Shown: piece after piece, positions 57,829 to 64,000 of the stretch
How the letters are laid out: each line of letters begins with the position of its first letter
How positions within the stretch are numbered: position 1 is the stretch's first letter
Source of the DNA: an uncultured Solirubrobacterales bacterium
GTDB lineage: Bacteria > Actinomycetota > Thermoleophilia > Solirubrobacterales > Solirubrobacteraceae
Reading direction: 5' to 3'
DNA: 64,000 bases
Assembly (NCBI GenBank): GCA_963813265.1
Contig: CAWEYQ010000005.1
Span: 21,684-85,683 of the forward strand
Translations under genes and position numbers: made by a program
Notes under the pieces: generated by a model
The model's database searches: none
The model's input: only the letters and a program-made list of their open reading frames with translations
What the model was told of the DNA's origin: nothing

Positions 57829-60114
57829 GATCGCAGTATCGATTCGACGGTCTACGACTTCAACCGGGGATGGCTGTTCGGCGGCGAGTACGTCGCCACC
57901 TCGGAACAGCCCGGATTCGACGACAGTCGCTTTGTCGAGGTGACGCTTCCGCATTCCGTGACCAACCTGTCGTGGGGTGACTGGAATCCGGCCAGCTGGC
58001 AGAAGAAGTGGATCTACCGCAAGCGCTTCGATCGCTCGGCGCTCCCTCAGGGAAGGGTCTTCGTTGACTTCGATGGCGTCATGACGAGCGCGCGGTACTT
58101 CCTGGACGGGCGCGACGTGGGGCTCCACCAGGGCGGGTACCTGCCGTTCTCGCTCGAGCTGACGTCTCACCTACCGCCGGGCCAACATGTGCTCGCGCTC
58201 AGGGTCAACTCGGAATGGCAGAACGTGCCCCCGGAAGGTGACCCGAGGGGTGCGTGGACGATTGACTTCCTGGAACCGGGCGGGATCTACCGGGACGTGA
58301 CGCTGCGCGTGGTCCCTGACGTGTACATCGCCGACATGTTCGCGTTGCCGCAGGCCGTGCTGAGCGCCTCTCCGACGGTCCGTGTCGAGGTCACGATCGA
58401 CGCTGCAGCTGCGCAGCCGGAGCCCGTGGACGTCAAGGTCGAGCTCGTGGACGGCGCAGCGACGGTCGCCGCTGGCTCGACATCGGCCACGATCACGAAA
58501 GCCGGCAAGCAGACGGTTGCCCTGACGCTGACTGGGCTCGGCACACCCCAGCTGTGGTCGCCGTCCAGCCCCAAGCTGTACACGGTCCGCGCGACGCTCA
58601 CCGAGCACGGCGGAGCGGAGCTGCATTCGCTCGAGGTCCGGACCGGATTCCGCCAGGCGGAGTTCAAGCTCGATGGGTTTCACCTGAACGGCAGGCCCTT
58701 CAAGCTCTTCGGTGTCAACCGCCATCAGCTGTACCCATACCTGGGCATGGCGGCCAACGAGCGGCTCCAGCGGCGCGACGCCGAGCTGCTCAAGAACACG
58801 CTCAACTGCAACATGGTGCGCTGCTCTCACTATCCCCAGTCACCGCACTTCCTCGACGCGTGCGACGAGCTGGGTCTCATGGTCTGGGAGGAGCCGCCCG
58901 GTTGGCAGTACGTCGGTGCGGACAGCGCATTCCAGAAGCTCGTCGTGCAGAACGTCCACGACATGGTGATGCGCGACCGCAACCGACCCTCGGTGATCGT
59001 CTGGGCGACGCGGTTGAACGAGACGGGCAATCCGACCGCGCTCTACAGGCAAACGCGTCAAACGGCGCGGCAGGTCGACAGCTCACGGCCGACGAGTGGG
59101 GCGATGCGCATCTACTCCACGAAGGACTGGGCGCAGGACGTGTTCGCGTACGACGACTACAGCCTCCACAACAACCCCAAAGCCGCGCCGCTCAGGCCTC
59201 CGATACCGGGCGTCCCATACTTCGTGAGCGAGGCCGTCGGCGCGCTGGACGGAGCGCCGCTGTACCGCTGGGTCGACAGCAGCGCCACGCTGGCACAGCA
59301 GGCGGAACTCCACGCCCGCAAGCACAATGCCGCCCGATCGAACGCGGCCTACGCGGGTCTGCTCGGGTGGGCCGGGATCGACTACCAATCGCTGAGCGGC
59401 GGCAACCGGGTGTGGCACACCCTGAAGTGGGCCGGCGTGCTCGACACGTTCCGGGTCCCAAAGCCGGCCGCGGCGATCTACCGCTCGCAATGCAGCCCCG
59501 GGGCGAACCCGGTGATCCTGCCGGTCTTCTTCTGGGACTTCGGGAAGTCGTCTCCGAACGGACCCGGAAAGAACGCGATGGTCGCGACCAACTGCGACTT
59601 CCTGGAGTTCACCATCCAGGGGCATCCGCCGTTCCGCGGATCCCCGGACCGGCAGCACTACGGACACCTCGATCATCCACCGGTGTTCGTCGACCTGACC
59701 ACCACCAAGGGCGCGCACCCGCCGGAGCTGACGATCGACGGGTACGTCGGGGCGACGAAGGTCCACTCGATCACGATGTCCGGGGCCGCCGCTGGCGATC
59801 GGCTCGCATTGACGATCGAGGATCAGACGATCGAAGCCAACGGACATGATGCGACGCGGTTCACGTTTCGTGCCGTTGACAAGTACGGCAATCAGCGGCC
59901 CTCCGTGACCGGCGATGTGTCGCTGTCGCTGTCGGGCCCGGGGATTCTGACCCCGGACAAGTTTCCGTTCCAGACGTACGGCGGGGTGGGCGGTGGATAT
60001 GTCCGTGCGTATCCCCGACGGCTCGGGACGGTCACGCTCACCGCCAAGCACCCGACCCTCGGGACGGCATCGGGCTCCCTCGAGGTTGTGCCGACCCAAT
60101 CGCAATGGATATAG
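57829..60114 (+). CDS. GH2 glycoside hydrolase (beta-galactosidase-like); start uncertain
   Basis: FNRGWLF, VTLPH, FDGVM, GGIYRDV, GVNRHQ, VRCSHYP, NRPSVIVW..RLNE, VSE; coding-like frame extends upstream of the GTG at 57940. Confidence 0.9.
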   Translation, partial: DRSIDSTVYDFNRGWLFGGEYVATSEQPGFDDSRFVEVTLPHSVTNLSWGDWNPASWQKKWIYRKRFDRSALPQGRVFVDFDGVMTSARYFLDGRDVGLHQGGYLPFSLELTSHLPPGQHVLALRVNSEWQNVPPEGDPRGAWTIDFLEPGGIYRDVTLRVVPDVYIADMFALPQAVLSASPTVRVEVTIDAAAAQPEPVDVKVELVDGAATVAAGSTSATITKAGKQTVALTLTGLGTPQLWSPSSPKLYTVRATLTEHGGAELHSLEVRTGFRQAEFKLDGFHLNGRPFKLFGVNRHQLYPYLGMAANERLQRRDAELLKNTLNCNMVRCSHYPQSPHFLDACDELGLMVWEEPPGWQYVGADSAFQKLVVQNVHDMVMRDRNRPSVIVWATRLNETGNPTALYRQTRQTARQVDSSRPTSGAMRIYSTKDWAQDVFAYDDYSLHNNPKAAPLRPPIPGVPYFVSEAVGALDGAPLYRWVDSSATLAQQAELHARKHNAARSNAAYAGLLGWAGIDYQSLSGGNRVWHTLKWAGVLDTFRVPKPAAAIYRSQCSPGANPVILPVFFWDFGKSSPNGPGKNAMVATNCDFLEFTIQGHPPFRGSPDRQHYGHLDHPPVFVDLTTTKGAHPPELTIDGYVGATKVHSITMSGAAAGDRLALTIEDQTIEANGHDATRFTFRAVDKYGNQRPSVTGDVSLSLSGPGILTPDKFPFQTYGGVGGGYVRAYPRRLGTVTLTAKHPTLGTASGSLEVVPTQSQWI

Positions 60115-60236
60115 CGTCGCAGCCGTCCCGATGTGCCGGGCTCGGCCGAAGGAGAGAGTCGGACACGTGCCGGGATTGGCGCTTCGGGAACAGGGGGTGT
60201 TCCCCAAAAGCCAATCCCCCGCGAGAGGCTGACCGG

Positions 60237-63074
60237 TCATCCCGCGACCGATGTCGTGGCCCCTTCGAGCGCCGCTGACAGGGCGCGCCGTGAGGAGATC
60301 CCGAGCTTTGAGTACACGTGACTGAGGTGGGTGTCGATCGTCTTCGGCGTGACGAATAGGGCCTGCGCGACCTCGTTGTTCGTTCGTCCTTCGGCGGCCA
60401 GCCGCGCGACTCGAAGCTCGCTCGGTGTCAACGCGTCGCGTCCGCTGATCCGTTCGCGGCGCAGGCGTGCGCCGCTTGACTCGAGCTCCGCGCGCGCCCG
60501 CTCGCCAAGGCGGGTCGCCCCACCCTCGACGGCGATGTCGAGTCCCGCGCGAAGCGGTGACCGGCAGGCGGCCCGCTCGCCGGCTCTGCGCATTGTCGCG
60601 CCAAGCTCAATCAACGCGCGGGCGTGCTCAAGCCGCGCCGGGGATCGCTCGAGTACGGCGAGCGCCTGCCGGAGCAGATCGCGGTCGCCCCGGAGCACGC
60701 CCAGCGCTCGCAGCGCCACGCCGATGCCGCGCGGCTGGCCGATCCGGCGGGCGTCCTCGAGCTCCTCGGCGGCGAGCCCGAGGGCCTCGTCGCGCGCATC
60801 GAGATCGAGCATCAGTGCGAGCGCGGAGCGCCAGCACGATCCGTTGGGGTTGCGAATCCCGACGGCGCCGAAGATCTCGCCGGCCCGGCGTAGGTCCTCG
60901 ATCGCGGCGGTTGTGTTCCCGATCACGTGGCGGACGCGTCCACGGACCTCGCACAACAGCGCCTCGATCAACCCGCCTGACATCTGCGCGAGGTCGAGGC
61001 CCTCGGCGAGGTCCACGAGATCGGCGCACCGCGGTCGTTCGACCATGACATCGGCGGCGAGCCAGAGGTACGTGCACAGCGAGTACCTGGCGTGAGGGGC
61101 GCGAACGCGCTCGATGGCGGCGCGCAGTTTGCCCTCCGCGGCAGTGAGGCGACCCTCGCGGGCGTCGATCCAGCCTCGGTATGCGGACGCGAGTACGAAG
61201 CGGGCCATCGATCCTCGCAGGCGGCCGTCGGCGAACAGCGCGTCGGTGACCTCGCGAGCCTGCTCGAGATGGCCACTGATCACCAGTGCCTGCAGCCCCT
61301 GCCCCAACGACCACAGATCCGCTCCCGCATCGAGGAAGCGCCCGTCGTCCCAACCGCGTTCGACGAGCGCGGCGCTCCAGTCCTCATCGCCTTCACGCCA
61401 GACCGCGTTTGAGGCGAGGAGGAGTGCCAGCGAGCGGCTCGCCGGGCCGCCGTGGTCGACGCGCTCACCCAGCATCGGCAGCCGTCGATCAAACCCCGCC
61501 ACGAGCCGCGGGAAGGAGACCATGATCGCCGCGCGATAGCACTCGAGCCGGTTCGCGAGCTCACGATCGTGATCGCCGAGCTCGTCGAGTGCCTCATCGA
61601 GGAGCGACATCGCTTCGTCCCATTCGCCCTTGAGGCCGAGGGCCGTGGCGAGTTCGAACGCGGCATTGCCTCGCAGCGATGGGTCCTCGGCCAGTCGTCT
61701 CGCCTCGGCAAAGTGCTCGAGCATCGTCGGGTCGGTGTTCAACCGGGCGGCCCGTCCCAGGTCAAACAGGATTGCGGCGCGTACGTCGCGTGTTCCGCCT
61801 TCGTCGAGCGCGCGGGTGAGGTACGCCACGCCGTCCTCAGGCGCCGCGCGGCCGAGCGCGAACGCGGCTGCCTGCCGCAGCTGCTCGATCACGTGCGGGG
61901 AGCCGGTGGGTTCGCTGGGCAGCAACTGGGCCGCGACGGCGTCGAGTTCGGCGCCCTCGCTCGCGAGCAGGTCCGCCGCCCGGTGATGGAGGCGGGAGCG
62001 CTCGCCCGGTGCGAGCACGTCGTAGATCGCGGCGCGCAGGATCGGGTGCACGAACTCGATGCGCCCGTGCACGCGCACGAGGCCCGCGCTGACGAGCGCG
62101 TCGAGCGCGTCGAGCGCTTCGGCCTCCTGAAGACCCGCGAGCCGCGCCACTCGCGGAAGGCGGGCATCGCCCCCAAGGACCGCCACCGCATGCGTCAGCG
62201 GAACACAACCCTCCGGCATGCGTGCCAGCCGGACCAGCGTCGCCTGCGCGATCGTGTGTGGGCCGAGGTGAGGGACCCGGGAGGCCTCCTCGGCATTCGG
62301 CTCGATCCCCTCGTCTGCGAGTGTGCTGACGAGTTCACGGAGGAGAAACGGGACTCCACCGGTCGCGTCCGACGCCGCAGCGATGAACGTCTCGTCCGGG
62401 TCCCGGCCCAACCCCGCGGCGAGCACGTCGTGGACGGCCCGGTTGCTCAGCGCCGCGGGCGTCACCACCTCGAACAGCCGGTCGATCAGCATCCGCGTCT
62501 CGAGCGAGGGAGCAGGTGCGGTGGGCTCCACCGGCCGCATCGCCCCGATCACGGCGCAGGCGACGCCGTCGAGACGGGCGGCGAGGTACAGGAGGAATCG
62601 CAGCGACCCCGCGTCCGCCCAGTGGAGGTCGTCGACGAGGATCAAGACGGGGGAGCGGGTCGAGAGGTTGACCGTCAACCAGTGCAGGCCGTGCAACACG
62701 CCGAAGGCGTCCTCGGTGCGCGCCGGCTCGCGCTCGACTGCGCTCTCGACAATCGGTGCCGCCAGCCTCGCTGCGCCGCCCAACAGATCGGAGCGCGCGT
62801 CCGGGGAGGCGTGAAGGAGGACCGGCTCAAAGAGCTGCCGCGCCACGCCGAACGGGAAGTGACCCTCAAGTTCGCCGCCGCGCGCCGTCAGCACCGCGAT
62901 CCCCCGGTCGTCCGCGCGCCGCCGCGCCACATCGAGCAGCGCGGTCTTCCCGATCCCCGCCTGACCCTGAATGAGCAGCGCTCGTCCTTCCCGAGCGAGC
63001 AGGTCACCGAGCAATCGCTCGATCTGCTCCAACTCGGTTACCCGTTCACGCAGGTCGATGTGACCCGCAGTCAA
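60237..63074 (-). CDS. Large ATP-binding LuxR regulator
   Basis: GQAGIGKT, VDDLHWAD, FVHPILR; LTPSELRVA..TNNEVAQALFVTPKTIDTHL..YSKLGI; GGAGG before TTG 63074. Confidence 0.92.
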   Translation of the reverse strand: MTAGHIDLRERVTELEQIERLLGDLLAREGRALLIQGQAGIGKTALLDVARRRADDRGIAVLTARGGELEGHFPFGVARQLFEPVLLHASPDARSDLLGGAARLAAPIVESAVEREPARTEDAFGVLHGLHWLTVNLSTRSPVLILVDDLHWADAGSLRFLLYLAARLDGVACAVIGAMRPVEPTAPAPSLETRMLIDRLFEVVTPAALSNRAVHDVLAAGLGRDPDETFIAAASDATGGVPFLLRELVSTLADEGIEPNAEEASRVPHLGPHTIAQATLVRLARMPEGCVPLTHAVAVLGGDARLPRVARLAGLQEAEALDALDALVSAGLVRVHGRIEFVHPILRAAIYDVLAPGERSRLHHRAADLLASEGAELDAVAAQLLPSEPTGSPHVIEQLRQAAAFALGRAAPEDGVAYLTRALDEGGTRDVRAAILFDLGRAARLNTDPTMLEHFAEARRLAEDPSLRGNAAFELATALGLKGEWDEAMSLLDEALDELGDHDRELANRLECYRAAIMVSFPRLVAGFDRRLPMLGERVDHGGPASRSLALLLASNAVWREGDEDWSAALVERGWDDGRFLDAGADLWSLGQGLQALVISGHLEQAREVTDALFADGRLRGSMARFVLASAYRGWIDAREGRLTAAEGKLRAAIERVRAPHARYSLCTYLWLAADVMVERPRCADLVDLAEGLDLAQMSGGLIEALLCEVRGRVRHVIGNTTAAIEDLRRAGEIFGAVGIRNPNGSCWRSALALMLDLDARDEALGLAAEELEDARRIGQPRGIGVALRALGVLRGDRDLLRQALAVLERSPARLEHARALIELGATMRRAGERAACRSPLRAGLDIAVEGGATRLGERARAELESSGARLRRERISGRDALTPSELRVARLAAEGRTNNEVAQALFVTPKTIDTHLSHVYSKLGISSRRALSAALEGATTSVAG

Positions 63075-63115
63075 CCTCCCCCCTTCCTCTGTGAGGACTT
63101 TACCTCCTCTACGGG

Positions 63116-63143
63116 AAAAGATCAGGTGCGGTTCCCGACGCGA
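63116..63143 (+). promoter_or_regulatory. Putative LAL-regulator binding motif
   Basis: AAAAGATCAGGTGCGGTTCCCGACGCGA between divergent LAL and methyltransferase genes. Confidence 0.35.
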
Positions 63144-63209
63144 ACCAATGCGTGCGGCGGGACGATTGCCGGCAATGGGCAACGTCACGATCGCGAGCAG
63201 GGAACGGCC

Positions 63210-64000
63210 ATGGTGAGCACCCTCCAGGATGCGCGCAGCAGCTACGCGCTCGAGCGCACGGCACGGGAATATGACCGGCTGCGCGCCCAGTCCCAGGCGT
63301 GGGAATCGGCGAGCGCACGGCTGCTCGATCGGATCGCGCTCGCGTCCGGTGGCCGCTGCCTCGACGCTGGTTGTGGTCCGGGAGAGACGATGCGCCTGAT
63401 GGCAGAGCGAGTCGGGCCATCGGGGCGGGTGGTCGGCATCGACGTCGACGCCGCGATCGGGGGCCAGGCAGTGGCGATGCTCCGCGACGCCGGGCATCGC
63501 CAGTGCGAGTTCCTGCATGCGGATGTGAGCTGCGATGACGTGCCAGGAGGTCCGTTCGATCTCGTCTACGCCCGCCTCCTGCTCTACCACCTGCCCGAGC
63601 GCGTCGCCGTACTGCGGCGTCTGTGGGATGCGGTCGCCCCGGGTGGTCATCTGCTCGTGCAGGACTACGACCTGCGTGCGGTCGGCGTTCTGCCCGCGCT
63701 CGCGAGCGTCGACGAGTTGACGCGCGTCATCGTGGCCTCGTTCACGGCGGCCGGCTGCGACGTGCACGTTGGCTCGCGGCTTCCAGATCTGTTTGTCCGA
63801 AGCGGCGTCGGCCCGCCCGACGGCACCGATGTCGCCGGGCGGCTGGAAACCTTCGGTGTCGGACAGGCGCTGTTGACCGGCGTGTACCGGAGCGTCATAC
63901 CGACCGCGGTTGCCCGGGGTATCACCGACGAAGCCCGCGCAGCCGCGCTGCTGGCTGAAGCCGAGCGCGACGCTGCGCGGTTCGGAGACCGAGCGATGCA
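63210..64000 (+). CDS. Class I SAM methyltransferase (runs off right edge)
   Basis: EYDRLRAQ, CLDAGCGPG, VVGIDVD, FDLVYARLLLYHL, PGGHL. Confidence 0.88.
   Translation, partial: MVSTLQDARSSYALERTAREYDRLRAQSQAWESASARLLDRIALASGGRCLDAGCGPGETMRLMAERVGPSGRVVGIDVDAAIGGQAVAMLRDAGHRQCEFLHADVSCDDVPGGPFDLVYARLLLYHLPERVAVLRRLWDAVAPGGHLLVQDYDLRAVGVLPALASVDELTRVIVASFTAAGCDVHVGSRLPDLFVRSGVGPPDGTDVAGRLETFGVGQALLTGVYRSVIPTAVARGITDEARAAALLAEAERDAARFGDRAM

Overview
Very GC-rich actinobacterial DNA; gene content suggests Thermoleophilia/Solirubrobacterales (inference). 1-16245 (minus strand) is a translationally coupled 16-gene operon for an extracellular contractile injection system (eCIS)-type phage-tail particle: an unusual sheath-like leader gene, sheath, tube, Zn-ribbon chaperone, low-complexity protein, DUF4255 terminator, AAA+ ATPase, tube initiator, LysM-like, split hub and spike, PAAR-like tip, gp25 and two baseplate-J genes. 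It runs off the left edge, and no capsid, integrase or T6SS membrane genes are present. Its upstream region has one perfect and one near-consensus CRP box. Next come a secreted protein with an FDWGDAGIGA-TM tail, a probable integrative-element scar (28-bp palindrome, M15 peptidase remnant, tRNA-Ala 3' half) and an adenylate cyclase-STAND NTPase. The rest (21-64 kb) is an accessory region of regulators (two large ATP-binding LuxR, TetR, LysR, HxlR, ECF sigma), transporters and enzymes. It contains four ECF41-type promoters and many genes collapsed by internal deletions. Many single-base frameshifts look like sequencing or assembly errors. All product calls come from motif recognition, not database searches.
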